Origin: Pseudobacteriovorax sp.
GTDB taxonomy: Bacteria; Bdellovibrionota_B; Oligoflexia; Oligoflexales; Oligoflexaceae
Reading direction: 5' to 3'
NCBI GenBank assembly: GCA_050293845.1
Contig: JBNKNM010000002.1
Span: forward strand, 18,045 to 82,044
Length of the DNA: 64,000 nucleotides
Shown here: positions 8,872 to 18,525 of the stretch, piece after piece
Numbering within the stretch: position 1 is the stretch's first letter
Layout: each line of letters begins with the position of its first letter
Notes under the pieces: generated by a model
Told to the model about the DNA's origin: nothing
Databases searched by the model: none
What the model saw: only the letters and a program-made list of their open reading frames with translations
Position numbers and translations under genes: made by a program

Positions 8872-9803
8872 AGCCCATAGTTTCGGTTTCAGCAACAAGC
8901 TTTTGTGGCAACAGCGATTTGGTGGAAGATGCCCGCCGCAGGTTTCCAGACATCACCTTCAAGTTCTGCTCACCTCAGCAACAATGGAATCAACTGACCT
9001 TAAGTGAATTTCTATCGGGGAGTTCCGGATGGATTGTGGGGAAGGAACCGGTTTCTGATGATTTACTAAAGAAAATCCCCGGGCTTAGGGTTATCAGTAA
9101 ATACGGTGTAGGTATTGATAATATTGATTTTGCTGCCTGTGATCGTCGGGGAGTCGCTGTGTACTTCGAATCAGGGGTTAACAGCCAGGAGGTCGCTGAG
9201 CTGACCCTAGGTTTGATGATCAGTGCATCACGTAATATTGGTAAAGGGTTGTGGCATCTTAAACAGGGCCGCTGGGTTAAGGATGGTGGTCAAAACTTCA
9301 GCGGTAAAAAAGTAGGTATTGTTGGCTTTGGTCATGTTGGCTCAAAAGTAGCGGCGCTTTGTAAGAGCTTTGGCTGTCAGGTCCTTGTCAATGATATTCA
9401 GGACTATTTTGAGGAAACTCACCAAAAAGGCTACAAATGGTTAGATCTTGGCTCAATTGTTGCTGAATCAGATATATTGAGTTTTCATGTGCCTTTGACC
9501 GAAAAGACTAGGAGCATGCTGAGTGGACCCCTACTGAATTCTCTTAGCCCGAACGTCATAGTGGTTAATACTAGCCGGGGTGAAGTCATTGATCAGAAGG
9601 CTTTGACCAAGATGCTGGCTGAAAAGCGTATTCGGGGGCTGGCCCTCGATGTTTACACTGAGGAGCCATTGAAGGATAACTCTTTGTATTCACAAGATGA
9701 TTTTATAGGGACGGCGCATATTGCGGGAAACAGCCGTGAAGCAGTGTGGAAGATGGGTCAGGCAGCATTGAATGGAATCAAAAAAATCCTACTTGATCAG
9801 TAA
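8868..9803 (+). CDS. D-isomer-specific 2-hydroxyacid / phosphoglycerate dehydrogenase-like protein
   Basis: GVGIDNID, GIVGFGHVG, NTSRG, LDVY and HIAG motifs; ATGA overlap with the ctaB stop. Confidence 0.88.
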   Translation: MKPIVSVSATSFCGNSDLVEDARRRFPDITFKFCSPQQQWNQLTLSEFLSGSSGWIVGKEPVSDDLLKKIPGLRVISKYGVGIDNIDFAACDRRGVAVYFESGVNSQEVAELTLGLMISASRNIGKGLWHLKQGRWVKDGGQNFSGKKVGIVGFGHVGSKVAALCKSFGCQVLVNDIQDYFEETHQKGYKWLDLGSIVAESDILSFHVPLTEKTRSMLSGPLLNSLSPNVIVVNTSRGEVIDQKALTKMLAEKRIRGLALDVYTEEPLKDNSLYSQDDFIGTAHIAGNSREAVWKMGQAALNGIKKILLDQ

Positions 9804-9848
9804 ACATTAATGCTTATATTTAAATGTGCTTTGATCTGACTGCGAGGA

Positions 9849-10076
9849 ATGCAAATGTTTGACGAAATCAAAAAAATTATTGCTGACGATATCAATCCTC
9901 AGCTGGAGCTGCATGCTGGTGGCTGCGAGTTGCTCGATGTGGAGGATGGTATTGTAACCCTCCGACTATACGGAGGATGTTCGGGATGCCCCTCATCACA
10001 GATTACACTATTTAACGGCATTGTCCCTATTCTCAAGGAAAAAATTCCTGACATAAAAGATGTAGTTTTAGGATAG
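9849..10076 (+). CDS. Stand-alone NifU/Nfu C-terminal domain Fe-S carrier
   Basis: INPQLELHAGGCELLDV...LRLYGGCSGCPSS (CxxC) motif. Confidence 0.9.
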   Translation: MQMFDEIKKIIADDINPQLELHAGGCELLDVEDGIVTLRLYGGCSGCPSSQITLFNGIVPILKEKIPDIKDVVLG

Positions 10077-10225
10077 GCTTTTGACAACTGCTAGGGAATC
10101 TTACGAAGCACTTCTCCCTATGTCTCCATATTATAGTATTTTTTTTATGGAATAGGGATTGCAGGTTAACAGATAGCCTTCCTGGCTTATTTACTGTTGT
10201 AGTTACCTGCTGAAGTGGAGACCTT

Positions 10226-10528
10226 ATGGCATCGATCGTATTTGAGTGTAATTTAGATGATGAAACTATGTCAGCGCTCAAGGAACTGCGATCGCTGCGA
10301 CATCAGGTACTTAAGAAAATTTTGGACGACATAAATGGTACTGTGAAGTACTTGGTTGCTACAGAAGCGATTCCTGCCCATGAACAAAAATCCCAGACAC
10401 CCCAGGTTCAGGCGGAAGTTAAGGCGAAGCTGGAAGAGCTTGAGCAAAGGATGCAAGTCCCCCATATCATCTTTGCTGATGAAATCGAAATGTACCTAGA
10501 CCTGCTATCTTCAGAGCCGACCCATTAA
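10226..10528 (+). CDS. Hypothetical protein
   Basis: 100 aa helical ORF with GGAG RBS. Confidence 0.6.
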   Translation: MASIVFECNLDDETMSALKELRSLRHQVLKKILDDINGTVKYLVATEAIPAHEQKSQTPQVQAEVKAKLEELEQRMQVPHIIFADEIEMYLDLLSSEPTH

Positions 10529-11298
10529 TTTAATGGACGATAGTTTTTAGTTACAGTGAGAACTTCAACTTCGCCATTGCTACGAATGGCAAGTGTATGT
10601 TCAAATTGCGCACTTAGAGAGCCATCAATAGTAACTGCAGTCCAGCCATCTTTCTTAACCTTGGTTTTCCAGTGTCCTTGATTGATCATGGGCTCGATGG
10701 TAAATACCATACCTTTCTCCAACATTTTTCCACTATCCTTTTTGCCATAGTGAGGGATTTGAGGGTCTTCATGGAACTTTTTCCCAATGCCATGACCAAC
10801 GAACTCTTTGACAACAGAATAATTGAATTTTTGAGCGTGGTCTTGGATTGCGGCTCCGATATCGCCCACCCGTCCTCCGACGCGGACCTGAGCTATACCA
10901 AGGTCGAGGCATTCTTTGGTGACGCGGACCAATTTTTCGGCTTCAGGCCGGGGACGACCGACATGAAATGTGCGTGAACTATCGCCATGGTAACCATCCA
11001 TAATAGGTGTTACATCAATATTGACGATATCACCGTCTCGCAATTTCACCTTGGAGCTGGGAATACCGTGACAGACAATATCATTGATACTGGTGCAGAT
11101 AGATTTTGGAAATCCCCGATAATTTAACGGTGCGCATATGGCACCATGTTTTTTAGTAAATTCGTGACAAATGTCGTTAAGTTCTAGAGTTGTGACGCCA
11201 GGTCTAACGTATTCTTCGATCATGTCTAAGGTTTTTGCTGCAAGGCCGCAAGCCGACTTCATGGCATCAATTTCGCTGTCGGTTTTTAAATCAATCAA
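10525..11298 (-). CDS. map: Methionine aminopeptidase type I
   Basis: SICTSINDIVCHGIP, DIVNIDV, GHGIG...FHE, FTIEPMI and SAQFEHT motifs. Confidence 0.98.
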   Translation of the reverse strand: MIDLKTDSEIDAMKSACGLAAKTLDMIEEYVRPGVTTLELNDICHEFTKKHGAICAPLNYRGFPKSICTSINDIVCHGIPSSKVKLRDGDIVNIDVTPIMDGYHGDSSRTFHVGRPRPEAEKLVRVTKECLDLGIAQVRVGGRVGDIGAAIQDHAQKFNYSVVKEFVGHGIGKKFHEDPQIPHYGKKDSGKMLEKGMVFTIEPMINQGHWKTKVKKDGWTAVTIDGSLSAQFEHTLAIRSNGEVEVLTVTKNYRPLN

Positions 11299-11396
11299 AC
11301 CAGTTTCCTTTTTACAAGTGCTGTATTTATATATAGTATCCTAACCATTGCGCCAAAATAATTAGCATTCCTTGTTAGTTAAGATAAGTATCAAAG

Positions 11397-12518
11397 GTGA
11401 TCTTTATGGTTGGCTCCAAAAAAGCAAGCGACATTATTATTATTGGTGCAGGAGCAACCGGACTTTCCACTTACTATCATCTGAAACAGCTAGGTTACAA
11501 TATCAAAATCATTGCAAGTGAGTCAAAAAACACTACAACTGATAAGGCATCCCATTGGATAGCTTCTGGTCAAAACGACTTAATAACCCGGCTCTACCAT
11601 GCCCATGGTAGGAAGTCGGGAGGCCTGGTCTGGGGGTTTGGCGATGCCGCATTTGATTATTTTACCCAATTCTGTGAGCAAGAACGTATCCCCCTAGTCT
11701 ATGGTGATCGGATCTATCTATCCAGCTCACCCATGGAGCAGGAGGAGCTTGTCCAGGTTGGCGATATCTTGCAGGATACCCCTAAGGCTCTCCAAAACAT
11801 CAGCCTATCATCCTTAAGCGGCAGCAAACAAAGCCAAGCGGCAGGTTTTTTTAATTATCAGCGCTTTCATGAGGTCTTGGGGACGGAGCAGCTGGAAATT
11901 GATACCATCAAAGCTGTCAAAGAACATGCAGGCGGGATCACTCTGGAGGGGTCAAAAGGTAGCTACTCTAGCGAACTTGTTGTTTTATGTAATCACGTTA
12001 ATATAAATAATTTTAGTATATTGCCATCTGAAGCCCTGGTGCCCTTTGCCGACCAGTGGTCAGCGGTCACACTTAAAAAAGATCATGCTCTTGAGGTGCC
12101 TAATGGTTCACTGATAACTTGGAATTTCGGTTATTTCTGGGTTAGCCTTCGCGGTCCGCAACTAGCTCATTTAGGAGGAGCTAGGTTTATGCGTCCCCTA
12201 GCAGGAATTGGCGCTGAGGAGGCGAGAGTCTTGCAACCAGTAACACAGCGCTATATTAGTGAGGCGGAAAAGCAGTTGGGTATCGAAGTAAAGGAGGTGA
12301 TTCAGGAATCTGCAGCCTTGGGGTGTCGTGCCTGTGATGAGCTGCCGGTCTTGGGTCCGAGCCCCAGCAACCATCGGATTTTATTAGCAACGGGCTTTAT
12401 GGGGCAGGGCATTTGCCAAGGGCTCTATGCAGGATACTGTTTGGCAAGTTTGATCGAAAATGGTAGTTCAACTTTGATACCAAGGAAGTTATGGCCAGAA
12501 AGATTACGCCACCTGTGA
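11397..12518 (+). CDS. FAD-dependent oxidoreductase (DAO/glycine oxidase-like family)
   Basis: IIIIGAGATG Rossmann motif; DELPVLG...ATGFMGQG at the C-terminus. Confidence 0.8.
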   Translation: MIFMVGSKKASDIIIIGAGATGLSTYYHLKQLGYNIKIIASESKNTTTDKASHWIASGQNDLITRLYHAHGRKSGGLVWGFGDAAFDYFTQFCEQERIPLVYGDRIYLSSSPMEQEELVQVGDILQDTPKALQNISLSSLSGSKQSQAAGFFNYQRFHEVLGTEQLEIDTIKAVKEHAGGITLEGSKGSYSSELVVLCNHVNINNFSILPSEALVPFADQWSAVTLKKDHALEVPNGSLITWNFGYFWVSLRGPQLAHLGGARFMRPLAGIGAEEARVLQPVTQRYISEAEKQLGIEVKEVIQESAALGCRACDELPVLGPSPSNHRILLATGFMGQGICQGLYAGYCLASLIENGSSTLIPRKLWPERLRHL

Positions 12519-12530
12519 AGGAGACCGCCG

Positions 12531-12710
12531 ATGATCGTAAAGTGCCCTGAATGTGGGAAGTCTACCATTTATTCGTCAGAAAATGAGTTCAGACCTTTCT
12601 GTAGCCAAAGATGTCAAACTATTGATATTGCGTCTTGGGCCGATGAAAAATATACCATTCCCGTATGGGAAGAGTCTCCTGGCGATAATGGTTCATCTGG
12701 TGATGACTAA
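12531..12710 (+). CDS. yacG: DNA gyrase inhibitor YacG (59 aa zinc finger)
   Basis: MIVKCPECGK...FRPFCSQRCQTIDIASWADEKYTIP plus acidic tail; AAGGAG RBS. Not in the ORF track. Confidence 0.92.
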   Translation: MIVKCPECGKSTIYSSENEFRPFCSQRCQTIDIASWADEKYTIPVWEESPGDNGSSGDD

Positions 12711-12714
12711 GGCT

Positions 12715-13611
12715 CTATAGGGATATTAAAAAGGGTCCATCCTGATCAAGTCCTACAAGAAAATGAGGAGCTGTGAAGAATTTACTAATCTGGCTAGAGG
12801 GAAGTTTAAAGCGCAGGGCTTTCACCGACTGTGTTTCGGGGCGATAAATTTCCAGCACCCCATTGCTAAACAGATATTCATGAGCAGTTTTTGTAATGGA
12901 GAAGTCGACAATTTCCGCCTGAGATTTTTCCGGGATAATCTGTATGAGGGAGCCAGATGCTGAAAACACGAACAGGCGCGATCCGCATTGGTACCATGCT
13001 TTATCACTCCAAATTTTTAGATTTTCTTTTTTGCTACAATCCATTAACTTTTTCTGCGTTTTAAACTTAAAGCCGGTTAAATAAAGGCCCTTATGGTACC
13101 ACCATAATCGGGATGGCGATAATTTAATGGCGGAAAAGTTGAAATCTTCAGCTTTCAGAACTTTAAACTCTTTAGCCTGCTTTTCGGCTATGGCAATAGC
13201 GTGGGAGCCCCCGACTACCATAGTCGTTTCTGTTGCTGCGATATACCTGAGGGGAGCGATTTGGGATAAATCAAAAACGGTTGGTTTTAAAGTCTTTTCG
13301 TTGATTGTTAGCAGTGAGTTGTTTGTGTAGGTCCACAAGGTGCCAGCAAAATTCACAAGCTGACGATGATGGGGACCTATACCAATCTTCAATCTAAAGA
13401 TACGTTGCTGTAACGGCTGCCATTGCCATAAATAATTCTTCCCGATGAAAAACACCATCTTCTTGTTTGAAGATAGGTATAAATCTGAAAAGGGACGGTC
13501 GCTTTTAATCAGACTTTGCTGTGAATACAGAGGGCGCATCGGACGCCCCAGCACGGGAATGCAAAACGATAATGTTAGCAAGGCTGCAATAAAAAGATGA
13601 ATGGCATACAC
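12715..13611 (-). CDS. Exported beta-rich hypothetical protein (possible propeller)
   Basis: Signal peptide; repeated short beta-strand pattern; abuts the holA stop. Confidence 0.6.
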   Translation of the reverse strand: MYAIHLFIAALLTLSFCIPVLGRPMRPLYSQQSLIKSDRPFSDLYLSSNKKMVFFIGKNYLWQWQPLQQRIFRLKIGIGPHHRQLVNFAGTLWTYTNNSLLTINEKTLKPTVFDLSQIAPLRYIAATETTMVVGGSHAIAIAEKQAKEFKVLKAEDFNFSAIKLSPSRLWWYHKGLYLTGFKFKTQKKLMDCSKKENLKIWSDKAWYQCGSRLFVFSASGSLIQIIPEKSQAEIVDFSITKTAHEYLFSNGVLEIYRPETQSVKALRFKLPSSQISKFFTAPHFLVGLDQDGPFLISL

Positions 13612-14610
13612 CTATGCAGTTAGGGTCAATAGAATACGGCTTAGGACAAGGTCATGGTCGATTTTGCTTGTTTTCAACATTATATCAGCTTCGTTGCATT
13701 CCAATAAAGCGGTTTTAAATTTTTGATGCGATGACTTTTTCACATAATCTACGTATGATCTAAGAATAAACATAGGCATACGGACTACTTTTATGATGTC
13801 ATTGACACCTTGATGTCTCATTAACAAAGAGTGAATTTGGAGGGATTTGCGACAGTGATGGCTCAGTATTCCTAGTAATGCCAAGGGACTCTGTCCCCGC
13901 TTTAGCAAGTCATGAAGCAATGCTTGGGCATGGCCCAACTCTTTCTGCATGATAAACTGATCGAGTTTGAAAGCGTTCTCTTCTTTTAGATAGTCAGTAT
14001 ATGGGGCGATTTGATCAGCTGTAATTGTGGCTCCTTGAGCCTCAGAAAAAATAAGACTGAGCTTACGAATTTCATTTTCTAAGGAGAAAAAGTCATTGCC
14101 GATGGAACTAGATAAAAACTCGGATGCAGAATCGGATAAGTTGAGCTGAAAGCGCTTCGCCAGAGCCACAATAAATCGCTTAAGCTCATAGGCGTTAGGC
14201 CCATAACAAGGGATCATAGTGCCACCTAAGCGATCCATTTCCTTTTGCAGTGCTTTGGGAACAGTTTTGTAGTTGCTGTGCAAAAGGATCGTATTACGTA
14301 TAGCTGTGCTTGCCTTTAGTATGGCGAGATTTTTGCTAAAGTCGCCTTTTTTCTCTACATTTTTTATAATGTAGAGGAGGGAAGGATCAAAAATAGAATC
14401 CTGGAAAAACATCTCATCAAGCTCTTTTGAACCAACCTTTTCAGCGGGTAGCCTCATGCAGCTACCTTGGTATTCTTTAATGAATTTCTCTTCGGTTTTT
14501 ACTTTCAGGTAATCACAGGGGCCAAAACAGAGTGCAAACTTAGACTTTTGCTTCAGGGCATAGGACATCGACTCTTTGTAATGACCATAGGTTTGACTTG
14601 ATTTTTTCAA
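13612..14610 (-). CDS. holA: DNA polymerase III delta subunit
   Basis: QDSIF, GNDFFSLENEIRKL and EADIMLKTS motifs; typical length. Confidence 0.85.
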   Translation of the reverse strand: MKKSSQTYGHYKESMSYALKQKSKFALCFGPCDYLKVKTEEKFIKEYQGSCMRLPAEKVGSKELDEMFFQDSIFDPSLLYIIKNVEKKGDFSKNLAILKASTAIRNTILLHSNYKTVPKALQKEMDRLGGTMIPCYGPNAYELKRFIVALAKRFQLNLSDSASEFLSSSIGNDFFSLENEIRKLSLIFSEAQGATITADQIAPYTDYLKEENAFKLDQFIMQKELGHAQALLHDLLKRGQSPLALLGILSHHCRKSLQIHSLLMRHQGVNDIIKVVRMPMFILRSYVDYVKKSSHQKFKTALLECNEADIMLKTSKIDHDLVLSRILLTLTA

Positions 14611-14613
14611 CGG

Positions 14614-16182
14614 CTATTTCCTTTTTGCCAAAACCGTGGGTGCGAGGCTAATATCAATGTTCCAGGCTTTGATCACGTTCTTTAGTTCTTTTTTAAGAGC
14701 TTGAATCTCTGCATCAATGGAATCTCCTGAGTGGAAAAAGAGCTTCATAATGAGGGAGCCCTTTTGTAACTCCAGTTCAATTTTTTTAACTTTATTGAGT
14801 CGACTACGGTTAATACAGCGTGATATGCGAATACAGGCTGCTAGAAAATTGATGAGGTTCACCCGACTGCGCAAATAGGGGTAGTCATCCTGCTTTGTGG
14901 TATCAGCAATCTTCTTACGAGAAAAGCGATTAATCAAAGCGATAATGTTCCGTTCCTCGCGAGTAAAACCTAACAAGTTTGAATTGGCTAACAAATAATA
15001 ACTATGCTTATGGTAGGAGGTAAAGGAGATAAATTTACCGGTTTCATTCAAAAAAGCAGCTGATTCTAAAAGGTTGCGATAGTCTGCCACATCGCGTGGC
15101 AATTTAGAGACCGGCAAAACTTTCAGGCACTGATCAAACAGCAGCATCGTCATGGCTTGGACCGATTCGGCGAATCTTCGATCGATACTGGTTTTTTTGG
15201 CAAAGCTGTTAATACTACGCCATTGCTGATTTTCCGCATAAGAATCGAGATCAAAATGGAGACGGCTGCAGGTATCCAAAACAATGCCCTCACGGATACC
15301 GAAGGTAGAAACGGTCCAGTCTGACACTCGGAACAATTCACTGATGCTTTGGAAAATAAGTGTACCCGCTAAAACGATTTGCGATCGACGAGAGTCCAGC
15401 TCATAGTATTCTTTGATCGCTTTAGGTGTCCTGAGGCTCACAAGTTTATCGGTAATAAGGGGTAAATCCTTGCTGGGAAACTGATAGCCATTCGGTTCCT
15501 CTAGAATTTCACCACTGGTTTCCAAGTGGTGCAGGCGACCGATGGCTTTTGCTGTACCCGAAGTGGCGAAAGCCCGCTGGATGGCAAAGTTTTTGGCATC
15601 GATGAGCAAAGGGGCCGTTCTGGTTAGAATATAGTCTTGCAGCTGATCTATAGTCTTGTCAGTAGGGCTATCCATATTAAAAAACCGCTTGGTAGCTGTG
15701 AGAGCCCCTAGCTTTATGGAACACATGAAGAGTATCTGCTCTTTTTTGCCAATAATCACCTCAGTAGAACCACCGCCGATATCCAAGCCCAGGGTGACAT
15801 CGGACTTAACTTCATGGCAATATCGCATACCTAGATAGGTAAGTCGCGCTTCCTCCAGGCCATCAATGATTTCAACCCTAAGTCCTGTGCCTTTGTATAT
15901 TTTTTCAATAATCTCAGCATAGTTCTTCGTCGCACGAGTGGCCTGTGTAGCAATAACACGATATACGGGCTGATGAGGGTCGGCAATATCCCGCATGAGA
16001 TTGATAGCATCCACAGCCTGGTTGATTTTTGATTGTGGCATAATCCGGTCATCATTGAGCGCCTCGCCAAAGCGTACAGATTCCTTGTGGGTATCGAGTA
16101 TATCTATGTGGCCACTGCTATCGATGCGGGCAACCAATAGATGAAATGAGTTGGTACCAATATCGATGGCAGCAACATTCAT
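14614..16182 (-). CDS. ppx: Exopolyphosphatase Ppx/GppA
   Basis: AAIDIGTNSFHL, EEARL, DIGGGSTE, GIREG and YHKHSYY motifs. Start is ATG 16182 or GTG 16263. Confidence 0.93.
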   Translation of the reverse strand: MNVAAIDIGTNSFHLLVARIDSSGHIDILDTHKESVRFGEALNDDRIMPQSKINQAVDAINLMRDIADPHQPVYRVIATQATRATKNYAEIIEKIYKGTGLRVEIIDGLEEARLTYLGMRYCHEVKSDVTLGLDIGGGSTEVIIGKKEQILFMCSIKLGALTATKRFFNMDSPTDKTIDQLQDYILTRTAPLLIDAKNFAIQRAFATSGTAKAIGRLHHLETSGEILEEPNGYQFPSKDLPLITDKLVSLRTPKAIKEYYELDSRRSQIVLAGTLIFQSISELFRVSDWTVSTFGIREGIVLDTCSRLHFDLDSYAENQQWRSINSFAKKTSIDRRFAESVQAMTMLLFDQCLKVLPVSKLPRDVADYRNLLESAAFLNETGKFISFTSYHKHSYYLLANSNLLGFTREERNIIALINRFSRKKIADTTKQDDYPYLRSRVNLINFLAACIRISRCINRSRLNKVKKIELELQKGSLIMKLFFHSGDSIDAEIQALKKELKNVIKAWNIDISLAPTVLAKRK

Positions 16183-16217
16183 ACTTTTTTTAGTATTTAG
16201 TGGGGTTGTATCGTTAG

Positions 16218-18443
16218 CTATTTTTTTGTACCTTTCACGTTCAGAACAGATTTTGACTCCCACTTTGCAATTGGCCGTCCCCTCTCCTTAGGATTATGCC
16301 AAATCGCTTTTTCGTAGGGTAGGGACTTAATTCCCTGTTCACGGGCTATCTCAATGAGACGCTGCTGAGCGCTTAGTCGCTTTTGATGGGGCTCGGATTC
16401 AATGGGCTTATATGACCCATCAGGAAGTAGGACGCGAGCCTTGGTATTATCCTGCCAATATGTGGACAAAATTTCATTAAGAATCCGATCTTTAATCTTC
16501 TCATCTTTTATGGGGAAAAGAATTTCGATGCGACGGTCCATGTTGCGTGGCATTAGGTCTGCGGAGCTAAGGTAAGCCTTGGCATCACCGTCATTATGAA
16601 AGTAGTAGATACGGCTGTGTTCCAAAAAGCGATCGACCAAGGAGCGTACTTCGATATTCTCACTCAAGCCTTGAATACTTGGTTTGAGGCAGCAAATGCC
16701 GCGTACCATCAGTTGTATTTTGACCCCAGCTGAAGAAGCTTCATATAGTTTATCGATGATGGGCTTATCGACAAGAGCATTAAACTTACCGATAAATAAC
16801 CCAACTTTCCCATCTTGGACATGCTCTATTTCCTGATCGAGCAGCTTGAGGATTTGATCTCGCAGCTCCAGGGGAGCAGCATAGATTACCCTGAATTTTG
16901 GTTGATAGGGTTCACGATAGACCTGTTCGGCTGTAAAAACATTGAAGCCGGTCAGTAGGTTGAACAAGTCAGTCATATCTTGACCAAAGTCAGAGTCCGC
17001 TGTGATGAGTCCAATGTCGGTATAAAGTTTAGCCGTTGAGCTATTGTAGTTTCCTGTGGAGAGATGACAGTAACGGCCAATTGAATTGTTTTCTTGTCGT
17101 ACTACAAGAGTGGCTTTGCAATGGGTTTTCAGGCCTATGAAGCCATAAACTACATTGACACCGGAGCGCTCCAGGCGTCGCGCCCAGATAATATTGTTCT
17201 TTTCATCAAATCGGGCCTTGAGCTCTACAACAGCTGTTACTTGCTTACCACTTTCTGTTGCTTCGATGAGAGCATCGATAATGGGGGAATCACCTGAGGT
17301 GCGGTAAAGGGTTTGCTTAATGGCCAGTACCTTTGGATCTCTGGCAGCCATCCGGATAAACTCGATCACTGTATAAAAGCTTTCGAAAGGATGATGGAGC
17401 AGGATATCTGATTCGCGAATGAGCGAGAAAATATTGGTGTTTTTACGAAATTGGGAGGGGATACGGGGGTTAAATGGTTCAAACTTAAGCGTATCGAGGG
17501 GAAGTTTGCATAGGGCTGTTAAGTCCATTAAACATAAAGGACCGGGGGCATGATATACGTCATTTTTATCAATATCGATACTGCGTAGCAAGAAGCTCAA
17601 TAACTCTTCCGGTAGGTTATGGGAAATCTCCAATCTGACGGCCTCGGCTTGATCCCGGGCTTTTACTTGGTTTTGCACAGATTGCAGAAGGTCCACAACG
17701 TCATTTTCCAGAAGAGTAATATCCAAGTCACGTGTCACTCTAACATGACGAATATCCTTGATCTCAAAGCCTGTAAATAAGGACTCTATGTGCTGGGCTA
17801 TAATGTCCTCTAATAAAATGAACCTAGAGTCGGCAATATTGACAATCCTATTGAGTACATGGGGAATTTCCACAAAGGCGATGGCTGGGTTGTCCTGGAA
17901 GCTGGCTTTCCCTGTTCTAAACTCAACTAATAGATATTGTCTGAGGTTCGTTAAAAATGGAAAAGGATGAGCGGGATCAACAGCCAAAGGTGTTAAAACA
18001 GGGTGGATGGAGGAATAAAAGTAGGCTTCCAGCTGACTTTGTTCTGCTTTCGAAAGGTCCGAATAGGACTGGATGTGGACATTAAAAGATTTAAGCTCAG
18101 CCAATATGCTATAATAAGTCTCGTAAATTTCGTGGAGCAATAGGCTTGCGCTGTGCTTTATTCTGGCGAGAATTTCTTGATAAGGGGTTGAGTCGGGACT
18201 GTCACTGGTAGATATATGCTCTTTTGCCGCTCTTTTTTTGCCAGCAACCCTTACCATGAAAAATTCGTCTAGATTGTTGTAAGCTATCGCGATAAATTTC
18301 ATTTTCTCAAGAAGAGGTGTATCAGGTGATTGGGCCTCCTTGAGAACGCGATTGTTAAAGTTAAGCCAACTGAGTTCGCGATTGAAATATTGATTGGTCT
18401 TGTGGGAGATCAGAGTGACATCTGAGTTCATGGGCTTTTCCAT
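16218..18443 (-). CDS. ppk1: Polyphosphate kinase 1
   Basis: NRELSWLNFN, LDEFFMVRVAG, KARFDE, KTHCK, GNYN, RFLEHSR and SADLMPRN motifs. Confidence 0.98.
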   Translation of the reverse strand: MEKPMNSDVTLISHKTNQYFNRELSWLNFNNRVLKEAQSPDTPLLEKMKFIAIAYNNLDEFFMVRVAGKKRAAKEHISTSDSPDSTPYQEILARIKHSASLLLHEIYETYYSILAELKSFNVHIQSYSDLSKAEQSQLEAYFYSSIHPVLTPLAVDPAHPFPFLTNLRQYLLVEFRTGKASFQDNPAIAFVEIPHVLNRIVNIADSRFILLEDIIAQHIESLFTGFEIKDIRHVRVTRDLDITLLENDVVDLLQSVQNQVKARDQAEAVRLEISHNLPEELLSFLLRSIDIDKNDVYHAPGPLCLMDLTALCKLPLDTLKFEPFNPRIPSQFRKNTNIFSLIRESDILLHHPFESFYTVIEFIRMAARDPKVLAIKQTLYRTSGDSPIIDALIEATESGKQVTAVVELKARFDEKNNIIWARRLERSGVNVVYGFIGLKTHCKATLVVRQENNSIGRYCHLSTGNYNSSTAKLYTDIGLITADSDFGQDMTDLFNLLTGFNVFTAEQVYREPYQPKFRVIYAAPLELRDQILKLLDQEIEHVQDGKVGLFIGKFNALVDKPIIDKLYEASSAGVKIQLMVRGICCLKPSIQGLSENIEVRSLVDRFLEHSRIYYFHNDGDAKAYLSSADLMPRNMDRRIEILFPIKDEKIKDRILNEILSTYWQDNTKARVLLPDGSYKPIESEPHQKRLSAQQRLIEIAREQGIKSLPYEKAIWHNPKERGRPIAKWESKSVLNVKGTKK

Positions 18444-18525
18444 TCGCAGTGTAAATTAATATTATCGTCTAGGGTATGTAACCGCCCGCACATGTTCTGC
18501 CCTTGTGTTCCTATAAGGAGTTATT

